Source: Octopus sinensis (taxonomy: Eukaryota). From it: DNA of 64,000 nt. The notes beneath the pieces are model-generated. The model ran no database searches. It was not told the origin of the DNA and saw only the letters and a program-made list of their open reading frames with translations. Shown piece by piece: positions 13,199 to 27,579 of the stretch. Position 1 is the first letter of the stretch. Every line of letters begins with the position of its first letter. Location of the stretch: the NCBI RefSeq assembly GCF_006345805.1, contig NC_042998.1, positions 104,346,001-104,410,000 on the forward strand, read 5' to 3'. The position numbers and the translations under genes are program-made.

Positions 13199-13679
13199 GA
13201 TGCATGTAAAGTAAGAAAATAAGAGAATACACAAAATTAACCTCAACGTAAGTGAAGCATAAGTGGAAAAAATGAGTTTCATTGTTAGAGTGAAAGATTT
13301 GCTGGAGTGGATGAAGTTCTAGAAGAATGATAAGCCTGATGATTATGATGGCGGTGGTAGCGGTGGTGGAGCTTCTTTTAATGGTAATGTATGTGGTGGT
13401 GGTGACGGCGGCTGTTGGTGTTGGATACGGTGACGATTGCGCCGGTGGTGGCGTTTGTGGTTGTGTTGGAAAAGAGTTGGGAAAACGAGAAGTGAATAAA
13501 TATTATATGCCATAAATTATAAAATATGCGGTACATTGACAGAAAACGAGTGGTTAAGGATGTGAGACAGGAGCAAGGGATGCACATGTGTATGTGTTCA
13601 GATAGATATGTATGTATGCTTATATGTAACATATGTATATGTAGCACACGCACATCCACACATCCACACATATACATAT

Positions 13680-13713
<34 letters not shown>

Positions 13714-14435
13714 TTATAATTGTATACATATATGAATATATACATACACACAATACAAAATGTATAACTATAATTTATTTATATGGAAATATGATTGTAT
13801 GTATGAATGTCTATAATACATAGTTGTGTGTGTGTGTGTGTGTGTGTGTGTTGTGTGTGTGTGTGTGTGGCATGAGTGCGTATGTCAGAAATTTGTGGAA
13901 ACTAGGAAATTACTCGTGTATAGAGGAAGAAAGGAAGAATATCTACATAGATATAAAGCTAGATTGATATATATATACATACATATATTATATATATATA
14001 TATAATATATATATTATATATAATATAGATATATACACATATATATATATGTATATATATAATATATATATATATTATATATATATATATATACACATAT
14101 ATATATATGTATATCTATATCTATATATATATATGAGAGAGAGAGGAGAGAGAGAGAGAGTAAGTGAGGCGGGGTGGAGGAGCGATAAATAGAAATCAGA
14201 ATGGAAATTTTGTTGATCTAACTAAAAATGGCTTGATAAAGACTGAAGTCTGAAAATATCAGAAAGAGGTTTAGAGGAAAGCAACTGGAGAATAACGAAT
14301 TGACAGAACATAAGATTGAACAGGACAGACAATACTAAAAACTATATGTGACTATGTGCCTCTATGCGAACGTATTCGTGTGTATATTGCATGTATGCAT
14401 ACATAATATATAGGATACGTATATATGCTTGTGAG

Positions 14436-14479
<44 letters not shown>

Positions 14480-14956
14480 CATATGTGGATATATATATAT
14501 ATATATATTGCATGTGTATATATATAATAAATATATATATATATATATATAATATATTATTATATATATATATAATATCTATATTATATATATATATATA
14601 TGCATGAATAATATATATGTATATGTTTGTATATATATATATACTATACATATACATACATACGCCTATGTGTATGTATATATATAGAGAGAGAGACCTA
14701 TGTATACACTTAGTTAAGGTGTGTATGACTACAGAATGGAAGTTCGGCGCGGGTTGGATGAGGTAAGAATCGTGTCATTGATTATTGATGATTGATGGAC
14801 TGGGTTGAAAGAATGTTCGATAGACAGTTAGACATACAGGAAGGCTAACGAGGCGGAATTATATACATGTGTGCCTGTCGGTTCTCACTGTTTGAATGAT
14901 CGTATAAATGTATACGTACATATACACGTGCATCCACACATATGTATATGTATGTG

Positions 14957-14994
<38 letters not shown>

Positions 14995-15223
14995 CGTCTG
15001 ATTTCGTGTGTGAGCAGAAATGTGTGAATGTGGGAGAAAATAATTGCGATGAATAAGAGAAAAGTGGGAAAATTTTGGAAGAATCAGAGATAGAAATAGA
15101 GTGAATGATCGTACATAATATATACACTCACACACACACACACACACACACACACATAATTACACACACACATGCATTCATACACGCACAGTCACACGTA
15201 CGTACATATATGCATGTCTGTAT

Positions 15224-15276
<53 letters not shown>

Positions 15277-16154
15277 TAAGTATGCATATATGTATGTGTG
15301 TGTGTGTGTATTAATATACATACATACATTCATACCTAGCCCAAAATTAGAGTTGTTGTTAGACCAATTTAAAATTTGCTGAATTCTATAATTTGGCGAA
15401 AGTAAACTAAATACATAACAAAACAAGTAAATATTGAGGCAGGAATTCCAGTCATAGATTATGTGCAAGATTTCGTTTTAGACAAAGGAAGGTAGAACAT
15501 AGGTTGGCAGTAAACCATTTAGGCTGGGTTTGTTACATTGTGAAGCTACATTGGACAGCTTCAGTGTTTAGATGTCGTGTATAATTGAGAGAATTGGGAG
15601 AGTAAGATATGTGGAAAGGAGGCGCGGAAAAGGCGAGGATGTTACGCGAAGAGATTGAGAGAGGAAGACAAAAAGGGAAAGATAGAGAGAGATAAAAAGA
15701 GAAGGAAGTGTGGAGGAAAACAGAAAGCGGTGGCTTGGTATAAAATGAAGAAATGGGGAAAAAAGAAATAGGTTCGAATAAAAATAACGAGATAAAAGTT
15801 TGGTAATGATAGTGAATTTTTATCTGTGTTATTGTAGTTGTGATGATCGAAGTTGGAGCATTGTATGCTTGCTAAATTTGGAAGGAAATGTCTTGCTGCT
15901 GGTATTCCATCGAAGGCGGGTGACTGGCTCGATAAAGATGCTATTGCCAAGCGTCAGTACTTCGTGATTGAACGATGGTTTTGAACCTCGTTTGGTTAGC
16001 CTCAACTGAATGGCTATTGCCGATGAGAATGACATTATGCAATGTTTTCATATTTCGTTTTCTCTAAGCAATCCAAAGTCATATCTCTATGAAACATATC
16101 AATAAGGTGTGAATAACACCTTAACAGCAATAACAACAATAACAACAATAATGG

Positions 16155-16346
16155 TTTCAGATTTCGGCAAAAGGCAAGCAATTTCAGTGGAGGCTCTAAG
16201 TCAATTAAATCGACCCTCAGTGTTCAACTGGTACTCATTTTATCGACCCCGAAAGGCTGAAAGGCAAAGTCGACTTCGGTGGGATTTAAATTATAAACAC
16301 GGATGAAATGCCACTAAGCATTTTGCCTGACGTGCTAACGATTCTA
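16155..16346 (-). mobile_element. SINE family A
   Basis: CTGGTACTCATTTTATCGACCCCGAAAGGCTGAAAGGCAAAGTCGACTTCGG...GTGCTAACGATTCT. Confidence 0.85.
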
Positions 16347-16394
16347 CTTACTAATAATGATGATAATGATGATGATACTAATAATAATAACATT

Positions 16395-16532
16395 TCAATG
16401 GCAAATACCCAATAACGCTGATGTTGACAAAGCTCTTACCCATCTATGGCTACTGTCTTCTGGCTTAAAATCAGAGACAGAAGGGTTTATCATAGCAACC
16501 TAAGATCAATGTCTACTTACAAGGAGCTACTA
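16395..16532 (+). mobile_element. Fragment of RLE-type (R4/Dong-like) LINE, region upstream of the CCHC knuckle
   Basis: Translates to ...ADVDKALTHLWLLSSGLKSETEGFIIAT*DQCLLTRSY, matching W(L)..GLK.ETEGFI.AAQDQ.L.TR.Y. It starts right after (AAT)n. Confidence 0.75.
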
Positions 16533-16536
16533 GACC

Positions 16537-16935
16537 AGGGTGCCTGAAGGGGTTAAAGTGAACGCAGGTCTTGGATCCCTGGTTAAATAACATACCACTG
16601 TCACCTCTAAGGAATCGCGTATTCATGCATGACAAGCTCCCTCTCACTCTGCTAAGACCACCCAAATATTACTAGGGTCTTACGGCACACAAGGTAAAAG
16701 GTTGATGGTGTGGCTGATAGCATCTCCGGTTCTCAACCTTATCGAAAATCTTTACACAAGATATTTATGTCGATGGTCACCAATTTACGTTAAAAGATGT
16801 CCTATGGGCAACCATCAAAGCTGCAGCCGAGGCAGTCCAATCTGCTACTATTTAGAAATTGACAGATTACCTGACTTTTAGGGGTATTGAAGTTATCCGT
16901 CGAAATGGCGCTCATAATTCATTATGTCAATAAAT
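16537..16935 (+). pseudogene. Tc1-family transposase fragment with DD37E spacing (TRT-like), catalytic C-terminus
   Basis: VPEGVKVNA..LDPWL...FMHD(N)APSHSAKTTQILLGSYGTQGKRLMVWLIASPVLNLIEN, then after a frameshift QDIYVDGHQFTLKDVLWATIKAAAEAVQ...IEVIRRNGAH. D at 16631 and E at 16744 are 37 codons apart, allowing for a 1-nt deletion. Confidence 0.75.
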
Positions 16936-17584
16936 ATAACATTATAGTTTTATTTTAAATATATACCAATGTATCATTTTTTTACTGTTAAATATATACC
17001 CAATGTATCATTAGCCTTCACTTTCTAAAAATATAAAAAGTTTAGATAGGCTATTTTAATTCAAAAGCTGTTAGCGTGGTTCACCCCAAAACTAAAGAAT
17101 CTGAAATAAAAAAGGAAGGACATTACACTGAATAATGAAAACGTAATAGTGGTGTTGCTATAGTGGGCAAACCAGCTGGGAAAAGTTTTATCAAAATTGA
17201 TTCGCAAAAAACCCCCGAGAAATCCTAAATTTCACTCCTAAGCTATTAGCGTGGTTCTCCATGTATATTTAGATGCCCATAAAGTAAGTTCCGTTGCTTT
17301 TTTCTTGGAGGTATTGGCAGCGCTCTTGTTTTCCGATGTAACAACATTCGTCACACATAAAGAAATAGATTTTCTTCAAAGTGTGGTACGCTCCCGTCAT
17401 TGTTACATAACATTAGCTACGAAAGAAGTTTTATGCTCATACTTAATGACTTTTGTAGCAAAAATGTATCTGTAATTTGATGGTAAATCAATGTTTAAAA
17501 AATTCAAAGAGCTAAACAAAGATATTAGTACAAGTAAATAAAAATCGGATAAAGTGTTTATATATAATAAATAGTTACAGCCCA

Positions 17585-17616
<32 letters not shown>

Positions 17617-17621
17617 CTATC

Positions 17622-17654
<33 letters not shown>

Positions 17655-17719
17655 TATATTATATAATATAGGGAGGAAATCTATATAAGATTACTGCAAA
17701 GTATATAATGTTTTTCCTT

Positions 17720-17993
17720 ATATATAAAATACACTGTTATATCAAGGGCAATTACTATCAGCAAAGCCACACGCTGTAAGGGGACTCTAAAGTCAAACTG
17801 CTTCAATAAATATGCACTGACACCGAATTCCTTTAAAAAAGGTTTAGTCGTGTATCATTAATGATTTCATGGTCAGCATGTATAATATGCTCTCCGTTAA
17901 TGATGCTTGTGCATATTTATTGAAGTAGTTTGACTTTAGAAAGCTTACAACGTGTGGCTTTCCTTATAGTAATAGACCTTCTTATAATAGTAT

Positions 17994-18000
<7 letters not shown>
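17720..18000. repeat. Fold-back / long-TIR MITE-like element, about 280 bp
   Basis: Arms 17752-17817 and 17909-17972 are inverted (57 of 66 positions match by hand alignment) and extend outward more weakly into (TA)n. The spacer is about 90 bp. Confidence 0.8.
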
Positions 18001-18056
<56 letters not shown>

Positions 18057-18252
18057 ATATGTGTAGGTATATATATATGTATATGTATGTGTGTGTATAT
18101 ATATATACATATATGTATATATGTATATTATATGTATATATATATATGTATGTGTACATATATATACATATATATGTACATATATATACATATATATATA
18201 TGTATATATATATTTATATACATATATATATGTGTGTGTGTGTGTGTATAAA

Positions 18253-19350
18253 TCTATATACATAAATGTGTAATGGTGTCTGTCTGTCTGTCTTTTGGGT
18301 AACTCTAACTCCTCCCACACCGTCCAACCTATTTTAATGATTTTTGGCACATAGGTAGATCACATGCCCTGAAGTTCAAATAACGCCGAAAGTTTTGGTA
18401 AACTCGATAATGCTCAGCTGGCATCGTTTTTTTTTTTAGTTTGCTCAATCGGGCGTTTGAATGGAAATTGCCATAACGATGTTATTTTTCCTGCAGCATT
18501 TGCATTTTTTGTCCGATTTAGATGAAAATCGATGTGTGAGCGAGGCTCATAGCATTGAGTTGATGTCAGTATATGGCGTTGACAAAAAGTCGATAATTGC
18601 GCTTGAGCAGTGGTTTTATGAAATCAGTAGGCTTTTTGCATGCAAATACCCATAGAGATTTTACTTTTGGCCGTAACTTTTATATTTTTTTTATCTGATT
18701 TTAATGAAATTTGAGATGTAGGTAAATGTTGCAGTGGGGGAGACTGTAAAGGTGTTTATTTAATTCAGAAGGGCCCGAAAAGGGCACAAATGCAAATGAA
18801 CATTTCCTTAGAGACATTCTTATCGATTTTGTAGAAATTATACACATGATTACAGTTCATGTCCATTAGTTGATGCCAGAATAAAGAGTTGACAAAAAAT
18901 CGGAAATTGTGCGTGAGGGGGTATTTTAAGATATTGCATGCAATTACCCATAGGATTAATATTTTATGGTGTAACTCTTACAGAATTCATCTGATTTTGA
19001 AGAAATTTGACATTTAGGTAGAGTTTATGATGGGAGTCATGTAGTAGAATTAAAATTAAACCGGTGAAAGGCAGAAATCTTTAAAATTCACTCATAATAA
19101 AATAATGAACTGATTTTTGACCCATGAGTTAAATTAAACACTTCGACATATGGAACATCGATTATTCATATCATGTATTGGGATTTAAAAGTCAATGGGA
19201 TACTTTCATGTATTCTATTTTATGACATAACCTTAAGACTTTTCGGATTTTGCTGAGATTGGACACGCCGATAAATTTTGTACAGAGGGTGGCATTAAGG
19301 GGAGAGAAATAAACAAACATCACTCTCAACGGGTCGGGGTACGCTCAAAA
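18253..19350 (+). mobile_element. Helitron-like (DINE/HINE/Lep1-type) non-autonomous element, about 1.1 kb
   Basis: 5' end A|TCTATATACATAAATG, then (GTCT)n and CAACCTATTTTAATGATTTTTGGCACA; four internal copies of an approximately 30-bp GATTTT.ATGAAATTTG..A..TAGGTA motif. No clean CTAG 3' end was found. Confidence 0.55.
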
Positions 19351-19544
19351 GTTTGACTGAATTTCAGATGGTTCAGTATGTAGGAGTATGTCGGAAGCGT
19401 TATCCGGATAAAATCCCTGCCGAACCAGATTTAACATCTGAATGGGTAATAGTTGGCACGGGTAACGTAGAAGATTTCAATACAAGGTCAGAGGTGGGCT
19501 TAACTTCAACACAAAAACACACGAGCAAAACCGGTCCAACAGCT

Positions 19545-19594
<50 letters not shown>

Positions 19595-19637
19595 CATATA
19601 CATATATACAAACATACATATATATATATATATATTA

Positions 19638-19684
<47 letters not shown>

Positions 19685-19806
19685 CATACATACATACATA
19701 TATAAAATTATAAATTATCTTGAAGGTAATTTTTACCATGCTGACTACTTGGTAAAATCGTTATTCTATTTTTAAATTAACGATCTTATCTTTCTTTATA
19801 TAAATA

Positions 19807-20189
19807 CTAGCAGTATCGCCCGGCGTTGCTCAGGTTTGTAAGGGAAATAACTATAAAGCATTTTTAGAGAGTTATAGCCAAAAAATAGCAAAAAAATGGA
19901 AAAAAATGATGGTAAATTGTTTTTTTTTAATCAAAAAAGGTGGAGTTGCGTCCCCTAGACAGTTTGTGGTTTGTGTTTCTGATTCTCGACCCCATGTCGA
20001 ATTTATCGATTTTGTTCAGAACTGGGGGAACTTTTCAAAATTTTCGCTGCGTTAGTTTTGAATTATGACATTGGGCTATGTGTGTGTTAAGTTTCATCAG
20101 AATCGGTTGAAAGCCGTGGTCAGGGTGAGGGTACAAGCAAACAGACACACAGAAACACGCACAGACAAACTGCCGTTTATATAGATAGA
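19807..20189 (-). mobile_element. Helitron-like non-autonomous element, about 380 bp
   Basis: The minus strand starts TCTAT(CTAT)ATAAA, has a GTCTG microsatellite and CAACCGATTCTGATGAAACTTAACACA, and ends with a GC-rich subterminal hairpin-like GAGCAACGCCGGGCGATACTG then CTAG|T. Confidence 0.7.
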
Positions 20190-20469
20190 TATATATATAT
20201 ATACATATATATATAAATATGTATGTATATGTATGCATGCATTTATTATGTATTATATATGTGTTTGTGTGTGCGTGTGTGTGTGTATACCACATTAAAA
20301 GAGAGTGTAATAGTAGCACATAAAGTGACAATGGCATGCCTTATGCATAGGTATATGAACAGACAGGGAAGGGATCGATGGGGCGAGTGTGAGTTAAGTG
20401 TCAGAGTGATAAAGTTAAATGACTCAGCATTGATCAAGCAAATATGAGTAACAACCCTCAAAACAGCCG

Positions 20470-20900
20470 CAGCATGTAACTCTTTTATTGTTGTTTCTTC
20501 AACTCAGATTGGTGAAACATATCACATATTGCCCAGATCGATCTGGGCAATAACTTTCCCAGGATGTTAAATTAATCTATTGAGATTTTAGTGATTGCTT
20601 CAACTCATCCATATATCTAAGGATGGGTCTTCCCTTACTGCAGAGTCTTTCTACTTGTTGACCATACAAAAGAATTTTCGGAATGCTATCATCTTGCATT
20701 CGAACTTGTCCAGCCCCTCTGCACTGAATTCTCATCAACAGGCTTTCGATAATGGTGATATCACAATTTTCTAAAATTTTGACATTTGATATCTTATCTT
20801 GCCATTTTATGTTGCAGATATGCCGCAGACAAAACATGTTTAATGCCTCAAGTTTCTTTATATCTCTATAGTAGCGAGTCCAAGCTTTTTCTTCTCGAGC
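20470..20900 (-). mobile_element. RTE-clade LINE 3' fragment
   Basis: Track ORF 20577-20951: AWTRYYRDIKKLEALNMFCLRHICNIKWQDKISNVKIL...RMQDDSIPKILLYG...GRPILRYMDELKQSLK, the characteristic RTE/BovB post-RT motifs. Confidence 0.85.
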
Positions 20901-21660
20901 AAAAATGTACTCAAAATGACACTGTGTACATCCCAAAAACGATGTATACATCTAATACCAAATTCAAAATAATAATTAACCACATTAACTTTTCTAAGAA
21001 TACTAATGTAACTTCTAATTATAGTATCAAGAATTCTGAAGAATCTCCAATTACTATATCTAATGATGCATGTCTTAATTATCTCAATAAAATTATACTT
21101 GAAAAGCAAATGCTGCGAATAGTAAACTCTCTATTAATATAAAAAAAAAATTCTTTTTCGATTAGTACGATAAATAGAGATTAATATGACATATAATGCT
21201 TCTAAGTATAAAAATGAAACAATTTTCGTCGAGTAGTGCTGCTAATAACAATAGCAATAATAATAATAATTATTATGATAATATTTAAAAGAATTTATCG
21301 ATATGCTAAAAACACTAATATAGAGTTATTAAGGATAAAATCCAATGATGGAATCTTATAGATTACGAAGTAATATAATTTATTATCTAAGGTTTATAGA
21401 TTACAAAGTAATATTAATTTATTAGTTAAAATAAATACGATGCATGTAGTTCTTCAACTGTTAATAATATGCGAATGTTTGGTATGTTGAATACAGGTAA
21501 AACTATTACGAAGTATGGGTATTACACTACAATTAAGCACACCTGTTGCTAATGTATTTTCCATATATTTTGGTATTTTTAGTAAGTAAACTGCCAAATT
21601 GTGTTATCTGCACTACACTTAACGCCTATTATACCGGTATCACAACACCATATGCTAAAA

Positions 21661-21712
21661 GATGATGATGATGATTATGATGATGAGGATGATGATGATG
21701 ATGATGAGGATG

Positions 21713-21747
<35 letters not shown>

Positions 21748-21748
21748 A
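21661..21748. repeat. (GAT)n microsatellite
   Basis: Imperfect GAT/GAG array. Confidence 0.95.
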
Positions 21749-21829
21749 AGTTCCCAGGTGTAGTATCAAACAATGACTCATGGCTTCTGATATTAACTAA
21801 CTGGAAGTGTTATCATGTACATTGTTTGG

Positions 21830-21905
21830 ACTATTTCGTGAAGACAGACGAAATACTGCTAAGCATATTCGTCTGACGCGCTGACGATTTTGCCAGCTCG
21901 CAGCC
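21830..21905 (-). mobile_element. SINE family A head fragment
   Basis: GACGAAATACTGCTAAGCATATTCGTCTGACGCGCTGACGATTTTGCCAGCTCGC, flanked by (GAT)n and (AGT)n(AAT)n. Confidence 0.7.
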
Positions 21906-21912
21906 TCAGTAA

Positions 21913-21952
<40 letters not shown>

Positions 21953-21985
21953 TAGTAGTAGTTAGTAGTAGTAGTAGTAGTAGTA

Positions 21986-22034
<49 letters not shown>

Positions 22035-22699
22035 CTTGACAACTACTGCTACTTCTAGCAGGTATTTAGCTGATAATTATTATTCTATTATCTTTCTTGC
22101 ATTTAAGTCTTGAACAGCGGCCATACTGGTGCACCGACTTGAAGAATTTTGTCGAACGAATCTTTATTTTCATTTCAATTATATTAATAAAAATAATAAA
22201 AGAAAATCGATGACGATGAAGAAAATGAGAAATAATATTTCAATTAGTGTTAATTTATGTAGAAATTTAGCTGACCTCAGATAACGTATTTGTACGCAAT
22301 CGTAGAATAACAGAAACTTGCCCTTTAAAAGGTTTTGGCAGCATAAAAATGTACTGTAAAGGTATTGTTACAACTCATACTTCTAAATTTTATATTGGAC
22401 CTACAAGAAATTTGTTTGAAAAAGCAGTTTATTCGCACTGTCAATCATACTCTAAGAAAAAAAAAATTCAGCTTCTCTTGTTGAATATATTTGTTAAAAT
22501 AGAAGAAGAGGCAGATTAGCTTGGAGTGGTTTATTTTAAAATATGCTGAGCAGTATATGGGAGACCGCTGATATTGTTTTGAAGTACTCGTGAAGTAGTG
22601 GAAAGAATAAAGTTTGTTCTAAGTTCTTTAATCATCAAGGAACATGTAAATGATATGAAGTGCAAGAATTAGAAATATGTGGCGTCTTCTAATTAAGCG

Positions 22700-23745
<1,046 letters not shown>

Positions 23746-24118
23746 TGACAGATAAAAGATTATAGAAAACGAAAAATCGTACTGATCAACATATGAAAAA
23801 TACTTGGATAAAACTTAGATATGAGCAGTTCTAATAACAAAAAAAATTCGTATATAGAATATCTTTTGGTATACGATAATTTGCTTAAGTCATTATTTTA
23901 TATACTCTCTGTATAATTAATCCTTGAGCTTATCTTGTATAATTTAAAATATTCATTTTAATTCATTATTTCAGTCTTACCTTTTTTAATTTTAAAGCAA
24001 TTATTTCATTTTCACTTATTTAAGAATTTATTCTTAAATTTATTGAGGCTGTATTTATCTATATCAGAATTAATTTCTTCTGATTTTAAACATGCGCAAA
24101 TTCTGTATAGACATTTAT

Positions 24119-24437
<319 letters not shown>

Positions 24438-24974
24438 ATCATGGAGACTTATATATATATACACACACACACATTTGTGTATGAGTTTTTGTGTGTGTGC
24501 ATGTGTGTGTGTCTGTCTGTTAATCTATAACCTTTTCACTATATGGATACATGTAACAGACTTCAAACACTCCAACTTATTTAAAAACGTTAAGCTCGAC
24601 TATGTCATTTTGTTTATTGAATTTTCTTTAACTGGTCATAAAAATTGTTGCTGCATGTCTCTATTTCCTTCTTTTTTTAAGTGTCCTCTTTTACTTTATT
24701 ACAGCTATTATTTTCTCTCACTCTCTCATTCTCTTTCGCCCCCCTCTCTCTCTGTATACATATGTTTATATTTGTGGATAAATATACATACATACACACT
24801 ACATATATATATATATATAGGTGCATCTGTATACTTATTATTTTATATATAATGTATCTATGTATATGTTTATGACCGACTATATGTGTGTATCTATACA
24901 TATCGATTAATATGTGTAAATACAAACAGATACTCACATAACGATGTATGTGTGTGTGTGCATATATATATATG

Positions 24975-25008
<34 letters not shown>

Positions 25009-25426
25009 TGTATGTATGTATGTATGTATGTATGTATAGCTTTTATCTACATGTTTTATAATAGCAGCGTTGTTACGATTTTCGTATTGCAAATTTAGTC
25101 CGCGATGAAATGTTTTTATGCATCTCAGATTATATATGCATATGTAAGTTATATACAGATATTAGTACTAACTTTATAATCATCATACGATATGTTGATG
25201 TTTGTACTTATGTCGTTGAAACAGCTGTAGAGCTTAATAATGAAGTTTTGATCTATCGTTCTGCCAAACGTCCCTTTAGCCCATTTCAACTGTTTCCCTA
25301 CTCTTTTTTGTTATGGAAGTTGCAATGACGTATCACCAATCTGCCATCCAAAGATAGGATCAAGCATTAATCGATGCTATCATTCTATGAATTCAGTAAC
25401 AGAGACTTAAATATAATCCTACTCAC

Positions 25427-25480
25427 CGAAACTTCTTGGAAACCGTGGCTATAATCACCCGCATAGTAGGCCATCGAGTT
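25427..25480 (-). CDS. Candidate 54-nt micro-exon of an unidentified host gene (NSMAYYAGDYSHGFQEVS in phase 0, or TRWPTMRVIIATVSKKF in the second frame)
   Basis: Branch-like CTAAC 21-25 nt upstream, acceptor TTTTTTCCAG, donor CG|GTGAGT, length a multiple of 3, two of three frames open, unique GC-richer sequence. No partner exon or homology recognised. Confidence 0.35.
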
Positions 25481-25937
25481 CTGGAAAAAATATATCAACA
25501 GTTAGACAATGGGAATGAGCGACAACCATAATATATTTGTGTGTGTACACGCACACATACAACAGAAACACAGAAACACACAGAGTCAAACAGAGAAACG
25601 TTTATATATGCACATACACACGAAAGAGAGCCTAAACACAATACATTTCATTTATTTTCCACAAGGGCGAAGGATGAGAGGGACAATACAGAGACAGATA
25701 TACACATATATACTTATATAGATGTGTACATATATGTATATATATATATGTATGTATATATATTTATTTATAAATATGTGTGTATATATCGATGTATATA
25801 TATATAATATATGTATATGTGCATGTATTTATATATGTACATATGTATATATGTATGTATATATGTATGTATATATATATGTATATATGTATATTTTTCT
25901 ATAAGTATGTGTGTGCATATATATACAGATTTATATG

Positions 25938-25971
<34 letters not shown>

Positions 25972-25972
25972 T

Positions 25973-26006
<34 letters not shown>

Positions 26007-26644
26007 CATGTATGAGTCAGAGGCCTAAATTCGAATTAATTAGACGATGGATTCATTGAATTCTTAATGCGATAATTTCTTAATTTCTTACAATTTCCAT
26101 TGTAGACAAAGGATGAATAAAAATTTAGTGATGATAGTCAGCAAATCTGAATGAAATGAATAAATTATTTGAAATAAAATAATTTCACAAGTGAAAGTTT
26201 TGATCTCGATTTGCACTCATAAACACAACATAGCCCATTTCACCCCTTATAAACGTTATCGAATCCGAAGGAATGAATGGTAGAGTCCAATGCGAAAATA
26301 AACTCAGACAGAAATATAGTGTGTGTGTTTACATATAATTATGAAATGATTAAATATAAAGTATACACGATATACACTGGAAACGAAGGGAGATGTGCAT
26401 AACATACAACGGTAAAAGAAAAAAAGCGGGGATCATAGGGATGTGGTCCTCCTGATACAGGAACGCCTCTAAGGATAATCGAGGATCCCCACTGTCCAAG
26501 GTGTCCTTGAAACCCTAAGAGCAATTTTCTTCTCCAATACCTTCTCTCCGACTCATGGTTCTACACTTAGAGAGGTACCACTCTTGCCATTTTAGTAACT
26601 TTCAGCAACCTTTCAAATAATAATAATAATAATAATGATTTAAA

Positions 26645-26985
26645 ATTTTGGCACACAGCCAGCGATTTCGGGAGAGGCGGTAACACGATTACATCGATCT
26701 CAATGTTCAACTGGTATATAATTTATTGAACCTGAAAGAATAAAACGCTGAGCTGACATCAGAAGAATTTGAACTCAGAACGTAAATGGACGAAATGCTA
26801 CTAAGCAATTTGCTCGGCGCGGTTACGATTCTGTCCTCTCAATTGGTTCCAATATAGGTGCAAGGTCAGAAATTAAAGAGATTCGATTACAGCGAACCCA
26901 ATACTTGTCAGTTACTTTAATTTATCAACACCGAAAAGTTAAAAGGCAAAGTTGATCTCGGCAAAATTTGAACTCAGATCGTGAA
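26645..26985 (-). mobile_element. Two adjacent degenerate SINE family A copies
   Basis: Two GAATTTGAACTCAGA / AAATTTGAACTCAGA B-box regions (about 26765 and 26965), each preceded by the GGCACA..GCC tail and core motifs; follows (AAT)n. Confidence 0.75.
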
Positions 26986-27192
26986 GAACAAGGACAATTA
27001 CCAACGTACATACGACAATGTTTAAAAAAAACAATCATTAAAATATACAGAACAGTTATTATTGCTCTTTTTTAAACACTCTCACGAACACATACATTCA
27101 CATAATATTGTGGTGATTCCGTTTATATGCATCTCTCGGTTTTCTCCGTTAAAATTGCAAGTATACTGAGCAACAGCCTTGTTCACTCCCAT

Positions 27193-27223
<31 letters not shown>

Positions 27224-27377
27224 GTATGTATATATATGTATATATATACATATGTACATATATACATATACATACATGCATATACACACACACACATATA
27301 TGTATATATATGTACATACATACATACATACATACACACATCTATATATATATATATATATACACATATATACTCAT

Positions 27378-27415
<38 letters not shown>

Positions 27416-27499
27416 TATATATATATATAACAATACATACGTACGCACACCCATAATAAATAGTTAGAAAGACAGAGGGAGAGAGACAGACAAACAGGC

Positions 27500-27579
<80 letters not shown>

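Noticed and set aside
17251-17475. Track ORF and its antisense as a pogo/hAT transposase piece
   Set aside because: Only vague similarity; no catalytic motif could be placed.
21601-21876. Acidic poly-Asp ORF
   Set aside because: It is a (GAT)n microsatellite running into a SINE head; no splice or homology support.
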